A stretch of 58,661 nucleotides of DNA. It comes from Mycobacteriales bacterium. Lineage in GTDB: Bacteria; Actinomycetota; Actinomycetes; Mycobacteriales; SCTD01. Shown piece by piece: positions 1-9,988 of the stretch. Under the pieces are notes generated by a model. The model ran no database searches, was not told the DNA's origin, and saw nothing but the letters and a program-made list of their open reading frames with translations. Location: the NCBI GenBank assembly GCA_038236005.1, contig JBBSTI010000003.1, positions 1-58,661 on the forward strand, given 5' to 3'. Each line of letters opens with the position of its first letter. Position 1 is the stretch's first letter. Made by a program: the position numbers and the translations under genes.

Positions 1-129
1 CAGGGGAAAGGAGGCCGTGACCAGCGCCGCGAGATCGACGAGGCTCGTCTGCAGGTCGTCGACGTCGGCCTGCTGCGTCGCCGCGTCACGTCGCTCCGGG
101 GCCCGTGGACCCGGGATCCGTTCCGTCAT
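1..129 (-). CDS. 5' end of a gene running off the window; possibly a GAF-ANTAR domain protein
   Basis: GGGAG-N5-ATG at 129. The frame MTERIPGPRAPERRDAATQQADVDDLQTSLVDLAALVTASFPL is open to the edge and resembles the N-terminal helix of actinobacterial GAF-ANTAR proteins. The domains themselves are not visible. Confidence 0.4.
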   Translation of the reverse strand, partial: MTERIPGPRAPERRDAATQQADVDDLQTSLVDLAALVTASFPL

Positions 130-393
130 CACTGCTCCCGACGCGGCTGTGGAGGTCACCACCGTCCGACACGCCTGAGCGCCGGGTCGGTCGCGGGCTT
201 GTCCCCGAGACCTGTGCAACGAACCTTAACCCCGAGCGCGCTGGACGAACAAGGGGGCTCCACCGGGCGCGAGGCTCGGCGCTTCGCGGGTGAGGGTCTG
301 CCCCGCACGGTCAACGATCGCGTGCCGCTGCTCCGCGGAGGTCGCCGGACCAGGGCACGCACGCCTCGTCATGACCCGCTGAGCACGAACCCC

Positions 394-407
394 GGGTCTT
401 TGGTCCC
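394..407. promoter_or_regulatory. DosR/DevR-like palindromic box
   Basis: GGGTCTTTGGTCCC (GGGnC-N4-GnCCC) in a divergent intergenic region; the identical 14-mer occurs at 10996. Confidence 0.5.
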
Positions 408-523
408 GGGAGCAGGAGTCCATCGCCTCTGAACCGGCTGCACGGCCCGCGGGACAGTGACAGCCGTAGCAGTCGTAGCTCTGCTTGCCGGCCGAGGGCC
501 GCGCAGCGGGAGAGGAAAGCGTG

Positions 524-802
524 ATGAAGCACAAGACTCATCTGTATCTGATGGGCGGTCTCCTTTTCGTCGGGCTGCTGATGTTCACCGGCGGGAGCAG
601 CCTCCACGGCGGGGGAGGGTTGTTTCTGCTGGTTCTCCTCGGGGCCTGTCTGGCGATGCTGTTCTTCATGGTCCGGCTCATGGGCGGGATGAACGGGATG
701 AACGGGACCAGCGCGGAGCAGGACGCGCGTGGCCACCGGTCCCCGGATGCCGCAGACGGTGTCGAGAACGGCACGTCTCGCGATGACAGCCGCCGGCTCT
801 GA
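524..802 (+). CDS. small two-TM Met/Gly/His-rich membrane protein (DUF2933-like)
   Basis: GAGGA SD, two hydrophobic helices, then GACLAMLFFMVRLMGGMNGM. Confidence 0.6.
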   Translation: MKHKTHLYLMGGLLFVGLLMFTGGSSLHGGGGLFLLVLLGACLAMLFFMVRLMGGMNGMNGTSAEQDARGHRSPDAADGVENGTSRDDSRRL

Positions 803-902
803 GCACGGGTCGCGGACGAGTATCGCGAGGCCTGCAGGGGCCCGCGCACCCCAAAGATCCAGCCTTGCCGTGAGTCGGTCCAGACTTGGGGACCAGACAG
901 GG

Positions 903-1025
903 GTACAGTCCGCTCGCTGGGCATCAGCCGACCTGGGGCCGGACCGCCGCACATCGCCGCGTTCCGGGAGTCGTTCTCCCCGCCAGGTGTCGCCAGGAAG
1001 TGCCTCTGCCAAAGGCCGTCCGATG
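903..1025 (+). ncRNA. structured 5'-UTR element, copy 1 (with -10 box and start codon)
   Basis: TACAGT-N6-GCTGGGCATCAGCCGACCTGGGG...CGCCAGGTGTCGCCAGGAAGTGCCT...AAAGG-N7-ATG; conserved in five copies. Confidence 0.7.
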
Positions 1026-1700
1026 TTCCTTGCTCGTCTCCTGCGTTCGTTGCGCACCCCGTCCCTGCGGCTGGGCCGTCCAGCTCGGCGCCATCGGTAC
1101 GTCGGCGCGTCGCGCCGAGGCTTGTTCCTCGCGATGGGGCTGCTTCTCGCGATGAGTCTCACGTCCCCGCCGGCGTCGGCGCACGGCGGTGAGGAGGGCG
1201 TTCAGGAGGGCTACGTCTTCGTGCAGCAGGCGCTGGGGCATCTGGCTGCTGACCCGGGCCCGACCGGGGTTGCCGCGGCCGAGGCCAAGGTGCAGGAGAT
1301 GCTGAGCGGACCGGATCAGGACGGGGTGGACGTCGCGCTCGTGGATCAGGCGCAGCAGGCGCTGACCGCCGGCCGACCGGCCGTGGCGCAGCAGGCGCTG
1401 CAGGAGTCGATCGCCGAGGCGGTCAGTGAGCTCGACCCGGCCTTCGGGGAGCAGACAGGAACCACCGTGGTTGGTGAGCCACTGGCTGGACGCGGATCGC
1501 TGGGCGGGACCGACTGGACGCTCGGTGGCCTGTCGCTGCTGCTGCTCGCCGTCGGCGTCGGCCTGGCGGTGTGGTTCCGGCCGGCGGAGAACATGGCTCA
1601 GCTGCGCCGGCGCCTCAACGCGACCCCGGCGACCGGGACGGACGCCAGCACGACCTCTGAACGCTTGCCCCTTCATCCCCAGGACGGACCGCAGCCATGA
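1023..1700 (+). CDS. exported protein with C-terminal TM anchor
   Basis: Signal-like N-terminus ending ASA/HGGEEG and a C-terminal hydrophobic helix; ATGA overlap with cytochrome b. Confidence 0.7.
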   Translation: MFLARLLRSLRTPSLRLGRPARRHRYVGASRRGLFLAMGLLLAMSLTSPPASAHGGEEGVQEGYVFVQQALGHLAADPGPTGVAAAEAKVQEMLSGPDQDGVDVALVDQAQQALTAGRPAVAQQALQESIAEAVSELDPAFGEQTGTTVVGEPLAGRGSLGGTDWTLGGLSLLLLAVGVGLAVWFRPAENMAQLRRRLNATPATGTDASTTSERLPLHPQDGPQP

Positions 1701-2785
1701 CCCGCGTCGAGGAACGGCCCGTCTCGTCACCTCCGACCCGAACACGTCGAGCGCTGGACGTCATCGACGAACGACTCGGGATCAGGGCGCTGGAATACCC
1801 CGTGCCCGAGCACGGCAACAAGCTGGCGTGGAGCCTGGGCGGGGTGACGGCCGTGTCACTGCTCATCCTGATCGTCACCGGAGTCATCCTGGTGCAGTTC
1901 TACAACCCGGTGCCCGAGGCCGCGAACGACTCGGTGCGCAACCTGGTGACCGACGTCTGGGGCGGTGGTTTCGTCCGCGGGGTGCACTTCTGGGCCGCGC
2001 AGGCCATGTATGTCACCGCGGCGCTGCACATGCTCAGGGTGTTTCTCACCGGGTCCTACAAGCGGCCGCGTGAGGCGAACTGGTTGATCGGGGTGGCCAT
2101 GTTCGGCCTGGTGACCCTCGCCCTGTTCACCGGCACCGTGCTCAAGTGGGACCAGGAGGGGTTCGAGGCGCTCGGGCACAACCTGGAGATCGGGAAGTTG
2201 CTCGGCGGGGTCGGGTTCTGGTTCTCCCCGACCTTCGCGGAGAACGTGCCGATCCTGGTCCGGCTCTACAGCGCCCACGTCGTCGTCATCCCCGGCCTGA
2301 TCCTGGTTCTGGCCACGCTGCACGCGTTGCTGGTCAAGAAGCACAAGATCTCCCCGCACCCGGCGCTGCCCAGCGAGGGCTCCGGCGAGCAGGCCCCCGC
2401 GGCCGAGCCCACCGAGCCGTTCACCCACCACCTGCGCCGGATCAGCTCGTTCGGTCTGGCGTTGCTCGGCGGCATCGGCCTGTTGGCCGTGCTGCTCCCG
2501 CCCGGGCTCGGCGCCCGTCCGGTGGCTGGGATCGAGGTCACTGAGCCGCCCCTGAACTTCTGGTGGCTCTACACCCTGGAGAACTGGTTCGGGCTCAACG
2601 CCATCGTCTACGGCGAGGGGGTCTTTTTCGGACTGCTGGTCCTCATCCCGTTCATCGACCGCAACCCGGAACGCTTCTGGCGTCGCCGCCCGGTCGCCAT
2701 GGCACTGCTGGTGCTGTTCCTCGCGGCCGTCATCGTCTTGACGATCCTGCTGAAGTTCCTCACCCCCGAGGTCCACCTCGGATGA
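1697..2785 (+). CDS. cytochrome b/b6-family protein (PetB/QcrB-like)
   Basis: RGVHFW, LHMLRVFLTGSYKRPREANW and RLYSAHV...LHA motifs; four heme His present. Confidence 0.9.
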   Translation: MTRVEERPVSSPPTRTRRALDVIDERLGIRALEYPVPEHGNKLAWSLGGVTAVSLLILIVTGVILVQFYNPVPEAANDSVRNLVTDVWGGGFVRGVHFWAAQAMYVTAALHMLRVFLTGSYKRPREANWLIGVAMFGLVTLALFTGTVLKWDQEGFEALGHNLEIGKLLGGVGFWFSPTFAENVPILVRLYSAHVVVIPGLILVLATLHALLVKKHKISPHPALPSEGSGEQAPAAEPTEPFTHHLRRISSFGLALLGGIGLLAVLLPPGLGARPVAGIEVTEPPLNFWWLYTLENWFGLNAIVYGEGVFFGLLVLIPFIDRNPERFWRRRPVAMALLVLFLAAVIVLTILLKFLTPEVHLG

Positions 2786-3024
2786 GCAGCACCGAGCCAC
2801 GTCGAGCCCAGCCCAACGTCGCCCGAGCCCGACGCGCGCTCTGGGTCCTGATCAGCGTCGCCGTCCTGGCCCTGGGCTCGCTCGCCAGCGCCCTGACCAG
2901 GGCGCCCAGTGCGCTGACCGGGCTCACCGTCGCCGCGTCAGGTGTCCTGCTGCTGACCGCAACCCTCCTGGCGGCCCGCGTCATCGCAGCGCTGGAGCAG
3001 CGCCGGCGACGGGAGCCGGCGTGA
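2782..3024 (+). CDS. small two-TM membrane protein
   Basis: ATGA overlap with the cytochrome b stop; two hydrophobic segments. Confidence 0.65.
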   Translation: MSSTEPRRAQPNVARARRALWVLISVAVLALGSLASALTRAPSALTGLTVAASGVLLLTATLLAARVIAALEQRRRREPA

Positions 3025-3052
3025 ACACCGAACAACGCGGCGGAGGGCACTC

Positions 3053-3322
3053 ATGACGAACGGATCAGCAGCCACGACAAAGAGCATCGTCGAAGTAGGC
3101 GGGATGCTTTCGGCGCTGAGCGCGCGAGGAGTCGAGAAGCAGCTCAGAAAGCTACCGGGGATCGACAAGGCTGAGGTCAACTACGTCACCGGCAGCGCAA
3201 CCGTGACCCACGACAACCGGGTCAGCCTCGCGGACATCACAGCGAGGGTCCGGGCGTGCGGCTATCACTGCAGAGGTGAGCAGCTGCCGAAGCATGTGTG
3301 TGCGGCGGTCACCGATCAGTGA
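3053..3322 (+). CDS. HMA-fold protein lacking CxxC, with a C-terminal CGYHC...KHVC motif
   Basis: GGAGG SD; HMA pattern VEVGGMLSALSARGVEKQL..LPGI..AEVNY..GSATV. Confidence 0.75.
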   Translation: MTNGSAATTKSIVEVGGMLSALSARGVEKQLRKLPGIDKAEVNYVTGSATVTHDNRVSLADITARVRACGYHCRGEQLPKHVCAAVTDQ

Positions 3323-3405
3323 CGGCCAGATGGGCGACGGCCGGCTGGCCAGCTGGCCGGAGCTCCAGCCAGACGGGCGGACGATGAAGCTGCCGGAGGA
3401 GAGAG

Positions 3406-5865
3406 ATGAAAACTAGTGTGATCGAGGTCCCGGACAGGCTGTCTGTGCTGGACCTGGACGACGTTGAATCGCGGATCGGCTTGGTGCCGGGCGTCGAGAG
3501 CGTGACGATGGACCACGCTGCCAGAAGCGTCACGGTGCGGTACGACGACACCCTGCTCAAGGATGGCGACATCACGTCAGCCATGAACCAGGGCCAGGTC
3601 GAGCCCGGAACGGCCACCGAGAACAGCGACGGACCTCAGGGCGCATCCGGGCCGGACATGGCGCCCGGGACCGCGGCTCCGGCCGCGACGTTGGAAGCTG
3701 TCCCCACTTCCTCCGAGACGGACGATGCGCCTGCGACGCCCGGAGCCGCCACTGCCGGGGGCCACGCTGCGCCCGACGGCGCACCGGCGAAGTCAGCCGA
3801 GATGGCAGAGGAGATGGGTCACGGCGACGGCATGGACCTACCGACCATGGTCCGCAACATGCGTAATCGCTTCTGGATCGCCCTGGTGTTCAGCCTCCCG
3901 ATCCTGGTGTACGCCCCGATCGGTCTGTTCACGTCGCCCGCACCGCCCTTCGGTCTTGACCTGAACCTCTGGCTGTTCTTCTTCGCGACGGCGGCCGTCG
4001 TCTATCCGAGCTGGCCCTTCTTCGTCGCGGCCTGGCACGCGCTCAGGAACGGTGTGCTGAACATGGCGGTGCTGGTCGTGCTGTCCGTGGGCATCGGCTA
4101 CCTGTACAGCGTCGGAGCGACCTTCCTTTTCGACAGCGAGCAGTTCTACGAAGCCGTTGCCCTTCTGCTGATCTTCATCCTGCTTGGTCACTGGCTCGAG
4201 ATGCGCGCCCGCTCCGGGGCCTCGACCGCGATCACGGCGCTGATGGACCTGGCCCCGCCGAAGGCCAATGTCCTCCGGGCTGGAAAAGAGGTCGAGGTGT
4301 CGACCGCCGACGTGGTGGCCGGCGACATCGTGGTGATCCGACCGGGTAACAAGATCCCGGTCGACGGCACCGTCGAGCAGGGCGAGTCGCTGGTCGACGA
4401 GTCGATGCTCACCGGCGAGTCGATGCCGGTCCAGAAGAACCCTGGGGACACGGTGATCGGTGCGACGATCAACATCAGCGGCAGCTTCCGCTACGAGGCC
4501 ACCAAGGTGGGCGCCGACACCGCGCTGGCACAGATCGTGAATCTGGTGAAGCAGGCGCAGAACTCCAAGGCCCCGTCGCAGCTGCTCGCGGACAGAGCCG
4601 CCCAGTGGCTCGTCATCGCCGCGATCGTCATCGGTCTGGCAACGTTTTCGTTCTGGTTCTGGGGGACCGGAGAACCGCTGCTGTTCGCGGTGTCGCTGAC
4701 CATCACCGTCTTCGTCATCGCTTGCCCTGATGCCCTGGGGCTCGCCACGCCGATGGCGGTCATGATCGGCACCGGGATGGGCGCCTCCAACGGCATCCTG
4801 TTCAAGAATGCCTCCGCGCTGGAGGACGCCACCCGGCTCGACGCCATCGTTTTCGACAAGACCGGGACCCTCACCATCGGCAAGCCGCAGGTGGTGGAGA
4901 TGGTGACGGCAGAAGGGACCACGGACGACGCGCTGCTGCTCGCCGCCGCCGCTGTCGAACAGGGATCGGCCCACCCGCTCGCGCAGGCGATCCTCTCCCG
5001 AGCCTCGGAGCTCTCCGTCGTTGCGCCGACCGGGTTCAAGAGCATCAGCGGCATGGGCGCGCAAGCGCAAACTGCTGACGGCACCGTGTTTCTGGGCAAT
5101 CGCCTGCTCATGGACACGCAGAACCTCGAACTGGGGGCACTCGAGACCGAGGCCACCCGACTGCAGGACGAAGGCCGAACCGTGGTCCATGTCGCCCAGA
5201 ACGGTCTGGTCATCGGCCTCATCGCCATCGCGGACAAGGCGCGTCCGACCGCCAAGGCCGCCGTCGCCAAGCTGCGTGAGCGTGGTCTCGAGGTCATCAT
5301 GCTGACCGGCGACAACGCGGGCACCGCCAAGCGGATCGCCGCCGACCTCGGTATCGAGAGCGTTCTGGCCGACGTGCTACCGGGCCAGAAGGCAGACAAG
5401 GTCAAGGAGCTCCAAGCCACCGGCAAGAAGGTCGGGATGGTCGGCGACGGGGTCAACGATGCGCCGGCACTCACCCAGGCAGATGTTGGCTTCGCCATCG
5501 GCGCCGGAACGGACGTAGCGGTGGAGAGCGCCGACGTCGTGCTGATGAAGAGTGACCCGTACGACATCGTCGCCTCCATCGACCTGTCGAAGGTCACCCT
5601 GCGCAAGATGCACCAGAACCTCTCCTGGGCGGTGGGCTACAACGTGCTGGCGTTCCCGATCGCGGCCGGCGTCCTCTTCCCGTTCGTGATCAGCCCCGCG
5701 GTCGCCGCGCTGTCGATGTCGGGCAGCACCTTGATCGTCGCCGTCAACGCCCTGCTGATGAAGCGCACGAAGCTGGCGGCCAGGCCTGGGCCTGGCGAAC
5801 CGACGAACCAGGCAGCGGCCCCTGCAGCCGAGACCACGACGGCGGAGAGCGCGGCGGTTGTCTGA
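3406..5865 (+). CDS. heavy-metal (probably Cu) P1B-type ATPase, CPD variant
   Basis: [30 protein letters not shown] and MSGST motifs; degenerate N-terminal HMA. Confidence 0.92.
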   Translation: MKTSVIEVPDRLSVLDLDDVESRIGLVPGVESVTMDHAARSVTVRYDDTLLKDGDITSAMNQGQVEPGTATENSDGPQGASGPDMAPGTAAPAATLEAVPTSSETDDAPATPGAATAGGHAAPDGAPAKSAEMAEEMGHGDGMDLPTMVRNMRNRFWIALVFSLPILVYAPIGLFTSPAPPFGLDLNLWLFFFATAAVVYPSWPFFVAAWHALRNGVLNMAVLVVLSVGIGYLYSVGATFLFDSEQFYEAVALLLIFILLGHWLEMRARSGASTAITALMDLAPPKANVLRAGKEVEVSTADVVAGDIVVIRPGNKIPVDGTVEQGESLVDESMLTGESMPVQKNPGDTVIGATINISGSFRYEATKVGADTALAQIVNLVKQAQNSKAPSQLLADRAAQWLVIAAIVIGLATFSFWFWGTGEPLLFAVSLTITVFVIACPDALGLATPMAVMIGTGMGASNGILFKNASALEDATRLDAIVFDKTGTLTIGKPQVVEMVTAEGTTDDALLLAAAAVEQGSAHPLAQAILSRASELSVVAPTGFKSISGMGAQAQTADGTVFLGNRLLMDTQNLELGALETEATRLQDEGRTVVHVAQNGLVIGLIAIADKARPTAKAAVAKLRERGLEVIMLTGDNAGTAKRIAADLGIESVLADVLPGQKADKVKELQATGKKVGMVGDGVNDAPALTQADVGFAIGAGTDVAVESADVVLMKSDPYDIVASIDLSKVTLRKMHQNLSWAVGYNVLAFPIAAGVLFPFVISPAVAALSMSGSTLIVAVNALLMKRTKLAARPGPGEPTNQAAAPAAETTTAESAAVV

Positions 5866-6101
5866 GGAGGGCTCCTCGTCGCGGTGAATTCCTCACAGTC
5901 GTCCGGTCCAGAGCTCGGGTGCTGCTGCCATGACCTTTTCCGGAGGTTGACGATGCTTGGTGTCGAACGTGGCTCCTCCCGGTTCACCGTGTCGCGGCCG
6001 CTCGAGCTCCGCGCGGACGCGGTCCAGCTGATCTCGAGCCGGCCTGTGCCGGTGGCCGGACCAAACCCCGCCGAGGGCCCCGCCCACCTGGCGGGTGGGC
6101 G

Positions 6102-7121
6102 ATGACCGCATCACTCGCCCGCGGCGCGTCCCCGGCTCTGACGGGTCGGCCGTCACCGCTACGGATGCTGTGGATCACTGCGGCTCTGGGCACCTGCTTC
6201 CTGTTCATCAAGTGGGGGCTGCGCGACGCGCCGCTGTTGTGGTTCGCCGCCTTGCGGGCTCTGCTCGGCGGTGCCGCGCTGGCCGTCGTCGCTGGGTGGC
6301 AGCGCCGACCGCTGCCACCCACCCGCGGCGCTTGGGGCAAGATCACCATCCTCGGGCTGGTGAACGTCAGCCTTGCCTTCGCCGCCATGTTCGCGGGCGT
6401 GGCCGGGTTGGCCACCGGGGTCGCCGCGGTGCTGTCCAACGCCCAGCCGTTGTTGATCCTGCTGCCTGCGTGGTGGCTGTTCCGCGAACGCATCACCCTG
6501 CGGACGGGGGTGGCCCTGGTGGTCGGGTCCGGTGGTCTGCTGATGGTCGCGCTGCCTGGCGGCGGGGGCTCCGGGGCTCTGTTGTCTCTGCTGGCGGCGG
6601 CGGCGGTGACCACGGGAACGCTGATGGTGCGGACCTTGGGCGGTCTGGACGTGGTGGTGACCAGCGCAGCCCACCTGCTGGTCGGCGGGCTCGCACTGGG
6701 CGTCGTGGCCTGGGCTGTGGAAGGGCCCCCTGACATCGCGTGGACCCCCCGCTTCGTGCTCGTGCTCGCGTTCCTGGGACTGGTGGCCACCGCAGCGACC
6801 ACGTTGGCATGGTTCGTGGAGGCGCAGCGGTCAGCGTTGTCCTCACTCACCATGTGGATGTTCCTGATCCCCATCTTCGGCCTGCTGATCGGGATGGTCG
6901 TGCTCGGTGAACGACCGGGTGCCTGGACGGGAGCGGGCATCGTCCTGGTGCTCGTCGCGATGTGGGTGGCGCTCACCCATGGGTCCATCGCCGGCGCCGG
7001 GCCGCCCGGTGTTTTGTGCGCGGCATGCGTGCCCGACCCCGATCCCGACCTGGCCCGCCCGACCCATGATCCAACGATGGGCGGCTGGGCGACGCCCGGC
7101 CGTCAGAGGCCCCGTCTATGA
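6102..7121 (+). CDS. DMT/EamA family transporter
   Basis: About 10 TM helices in two repeats; APLLWFAALR, SNAQPL and LGER motifs. Confidence 0.85.
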   Translation: MTASLARGASPALTGRPSPLRMLWITAALGTCFLFIKWGLRDAPLLWFAALRALLGGAALAVVAGWQRRPLPPTRGAWGKITILGLVNVSLAFAAMFAGVAGLATGVAAVLSNAQPLLILLPAWWLFRERITLRTGVALVVGSGGLLMVALPGGGGSGALLSLLAAAAVTTGTLMVRTLGGLDVVVTSAAHLLVGGLALGVVAWAVEGPPDIAWTPRFVLVLAFLGLVATAATTLAWFVEAQRSALSSLTMWMFLIPIFGLLIGMVVLGERPGAWTGAGIVLVLVAMWVALTHGSIAGAGPPGVLCAACVPDPDPDLARPTHDPTMGGWATPGRQRPRL

Positions 7122-7210
7122 ATCGGCGTCGCGCCCTGGCCGAGCTCGGGCAGGTGGCTCGCCGAGAAGCGAGCTAGCCGCCGCTGCGTTCCGGGCCTGC
7201 GTTCACGAGA

Positions 7211-9739
7211 TCAGCTGGCGCGCTGCGGCTCGACCGGCATCTCGAGCGCCTGCGGTTGACCGCCTGAGGTGCCTTTGACGGGATCAAGGACGCGGTAGGC
7301 GAGGAGCTTGACGCGGTCGCTGGCGAGGGCCCAGACAAGCGCGTAGCCCCAGACGAACGCTGCCCACCCCCAACCGAGGGGCGTCATGAACAATCCGTAC
7401 ACGGCGATCAGGGTGGCGATCGCCTGCGTGCCGAGGACGGCAATGAGCAGGATCCCGGCGGGGCGGATCGACCAGAACGGCCCGCGGGTGCGGGCGAGGA
7501 AGATCGTGAGGTGCCCGGCGACGGACAGCAGCAGATACATCATGGTCTGCAACCGGGGGCGGTCGAGGCCGAAGACGAGGTCACCGAGCGAGAACAGTCC
7601 GAAGGCGGCGATCGGGCCGACAATGCCGAGCACGGTCGAGATGCCGAGCACCAGGCGCATGTTCCAGACCTCGGGCTCCATCCGATAGCGGACGTTGTCG
7701 TAGGCGATGGACAAGATCGCGCCGTCGTTGAGCAGCGCGAGCATGACGATCATGATGGCGGTGACCGGGTAGACGTTGTAGACCAGGATCGCCCCCGTGA
7801 TGAACAGCAGCACGCGCAGCGTCTCCGCGATGCGGTAGATCGCGTAGGAGTTCATCCGCGCGAAGATCTTGCGACTCTCCTGGATAGCGTCGATGATGAC
7901 CGACAGGCCCGGTGTGAGCAGCACGATCGCGGCCGCTGCGCGGGCGGCGTCGGTGGCACCGGAGACGGCGATGCCGCAGTCGGCCTTCTTCAAGGCCGGC
8001 GCGTCGTTGACGCCGTCACCGGTCATGCCGACGATGTGGCCGCGCTGTTGCAGCACCTCCACGATGTGGTACTTGTGCTCGGGGAAGACCTGCGCGAAGC
8101 CGTCTGCACCCTCGATGGACTCGGCGACGGCCGTGCTCTCCTGCTTGTTCACGTCGTCCAGACCGGCCGCATCCAGGATGTTCGCGCCCAGGCCGACCTT
8201 CTCGGCGGTTTCTCTCGCGATCGCGATCGCGTCGCCCGTGACCATCTTCACGCTCACGCCCATCGCGGCGGCGGCGGCGATGGTCGAAGCGGCATCCTCG
8301 CGTGGCGGGTCGAACAGCGGCAGCACGCCAAGGAACCGCCACCGTCCGTCGGGCTCGGCGCGGGCCACGCCCAACGCTCGAAAGCCCCGGGCGGCGAAGT
8401 CGTTGACAGCGGTGTCGACGGCCGAGGCGATCGTCGCTGCGTCGTCCGCCAGAGCGAGGATGACTTGCGGGGCGCCCTTGGTGACCGTGAACGTCGCCCC
8501 GTCGTTGCCGGTGACGGCGGCCTCGGTGCGCTTGGACACCGGATCGAACGGCTCGAAGTGGGTGACCGTGTATTCGTCCAGGTCCTTGGGGTCACTCATC
8601 CCGGACAGGACGGCGAGGTCGATGGGGTCGTTGTTGTCGGCTCGGGAGGCCAGCGCACCGGCGAGCACGACCGCGTCAGCGGTCCCGTCGCCGATGCTGA
8701 ACACCTCGCCTAGTGTCAGCGAGTTCTGGGTCAGCGTGCCGGTCTTGTCGGCGCACAGCACGTCCACGCCGGCGAGCTCCTCGATCGCCACGAGCTTGCT
8801 GACGATGGCCTTCTTTTTCGCCATCAGCCGGGCGCCGACCGCCATCGTCACCGATAGCACCGTGGGCAGCGCGACCGGGATCGCGGCGACGGTCAGCACC
8901 AGGGCGAACTGCAGCGTCGTCAGCAGCTCGTCGCCGCGTAGGAGCGACACCACCACGATCACGGTCACCAGCGCGACCGCGAGCACGATGAGGTAGTTGC
9001 CGATCGTCAGGACAGCCTTCTGGAAGTGGCTGACCGTGTGTGCGTCCTGCACGAGCTCGGCCGTCTTGCCGAAGTAGGTGTCGGTGCCGGTGGCGTAGAC
9101 CACGGCGCCGATCTCTCCCCGCCGTACGACCGAGCCGGAGAACACCGCGTCCCCGGCCTCAGAGGTCACCGGCAGCGACTCGCCGGTGAGGGCAGACTGG
9201 TCCACCTCGATCTCGTCGCCCTCCAGCAGCCGGGCGTCGGCGGGCACGATGTCACCGAGCCGCAGGCGGATGACGTCTCCGGGCACCAGCTCACGGGCAG
9301 CCGGTGTGGTCCACTCGCCGTCGCGTCTGACCCGGGCATTGACCGCCAGCTTGCCCTTCAACGCGTCGATGGCGTTGCCGGCCTGGCGTTCTTCGGTGAA
9401 GCCGACGACGGCATTAGCCAGAAGCAGCACCAGGATGATGAAAAAGTCGGCCCAGTGACCCACGGCGCCGGACAGGATCACCGCAATCTCGATCATCCAC
9501 GGGATCGGTCCCCAGAAGTAGGACAGGAATTTCAAGAGCGGGTTGGTCTTGTGCTCGGCCATCTCGTTCGGGCCGTACGTCGTCAGCCGCTCCGCCGCTT
9601 CGACCTGCGTGAGCCCGTCCCCCGAGCTGTCGAGCTGCTTCCATACCTCGACCATCGGTAGCGTTTTCAGGCCGTCTGGCGACGGTTGCTGATCCTGTGA
9701 CGACGGATTGTCCTGCACCTCGGTCGATCTTGTGGTCAT
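7211..9739 (-). CDS. plasma-membrane proton-efflux P-type ATPase (P3A, PMA1-like)
   Basis: YGPNE, FWGPIPWMIE, IPVALPTVLSVTMAVG, CADKTGTLT, FAQVFPEHK and LLNDG..LSIAYD motifs. Confidence 0.93.
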   Translation of the reverse strand: MTTRSTEVQDNPSSQDQQPSPDGLKTLPMVEVWKQLDSSGDGLTQVEAAERLTTYGPNEMAEHKTNPLLKFLSYFWGPIPWMIEIAVILSGAVGHWADFFIILVLLLANAVVGFTEERQAGNAIDALKGKLAVNARVRRDGEWTTPAARELVPGDVIRLRLGDIVPADARLLEGDEIEVDQSALTGESLPVTSEAGDAVFSGSVVRRGEIGAVVYATGTDTYFGKTAELVQDAHTVSHFQKAVLTIGNYLIVLAVALVTVIVVVSLLRGDELLTTLQFALVLTVAAIPVALPTVLSVTMAVGARLMAKKKAIVSKLVAIEELAGVDVLCADKTGTLTQNSLTLGEVFSIGDGTADAVVLAGALASRADNNDPIDLAVLSGMSDPKDLDEYTVTHFEPFDPVSKRTEAAVTGNDGATFTVTKGAPQVILALADDAATIASAVDTAVNDFAARGFRALGVARAEPDGRWRFLGVLPLFDPPREDAASTIAAAAAMGVSVKMVTGDAIAIARETAEKVGLGANILDAAGLDDVNKQESTAVAESIEGADGFAQVFPEHKYHIVEVLQQRGHIVGMTGDGVNDAPALKKADCGIAVSGATDAARAAAAIVLLTPGLSVIIDAIQESRKIFARMNSYAIYRIAETLRVLLFITGAILVYNVYPVTAIMIVMLALLNDGAILSIAYDNVRYRMEPEVWNMRLVLGISTVLGIVGPIAAFGLFSLGDLVFGLDRPRLQTMMYLLLSVAGHLTIFLARTRGPFWSIRPAGILLIAVLGTQAIATLIAVYGLFMTPLGWGWAAFVWGYALVWALASDRVKLLAYRVLDPVKGTSGGQPQALEMPVEPQRAS

Positions 9740-9864
9740 CAGACTCTTTCCCCCGCGCTGCGTCGCGGCGCGTGCTGTGCGAGCGGGCAGGGACTGAGCT
9801 GTTCGATCATGTCGTGACCGGACGACGGTCCGGATCGCTGCCAGATGGTGAGCAGACGTGGCAT
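9739..9864 (-). CDS. 41-aa leader ORF from element copy 2, coupled by TGATG to the H+-ATPase
   Basis: MPRLLTIWQRSGPSSGHDMIEQLSPCPLAQHAPRRSAGERV*; the TGA overlaps the ATPase ATG. Confidence 0.5.
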   Translation of the reverse strand: MPRLLTIWQRSGPSSGHDMIEQLSPCPLAQHAPRRSAGERV

Positions 9865-9988
9865 CGGGGGGCCTTGTCGGAGGCGCTTTCCTGGCGATAC
9901 CTGGCGGGGAGAGAACACCTCTCGAGAGCGCGGCCCAGAGGCGGCGATCCGACCCCAGGTCGGCTGATGCCCAGCGCGCTGACTGTAC
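9862..9988 (-). ncRNA. structured 5'-UTR element, copy 2
   Basis: TACAGT-N6-GCTGGGCATCAGCCGACCTGGGGTCGG...CGCCAGGTATCGCCAGGAAAGCGCCT...AAGG-N7-ATG. Confidence 0.7.

Noticed and set aside
729-1022. N-terminal extension of ORF 729..1700
   Set aside because: It overlaps the upstream gene and runs through the non-coding element; the SD and ATG are at 1023.
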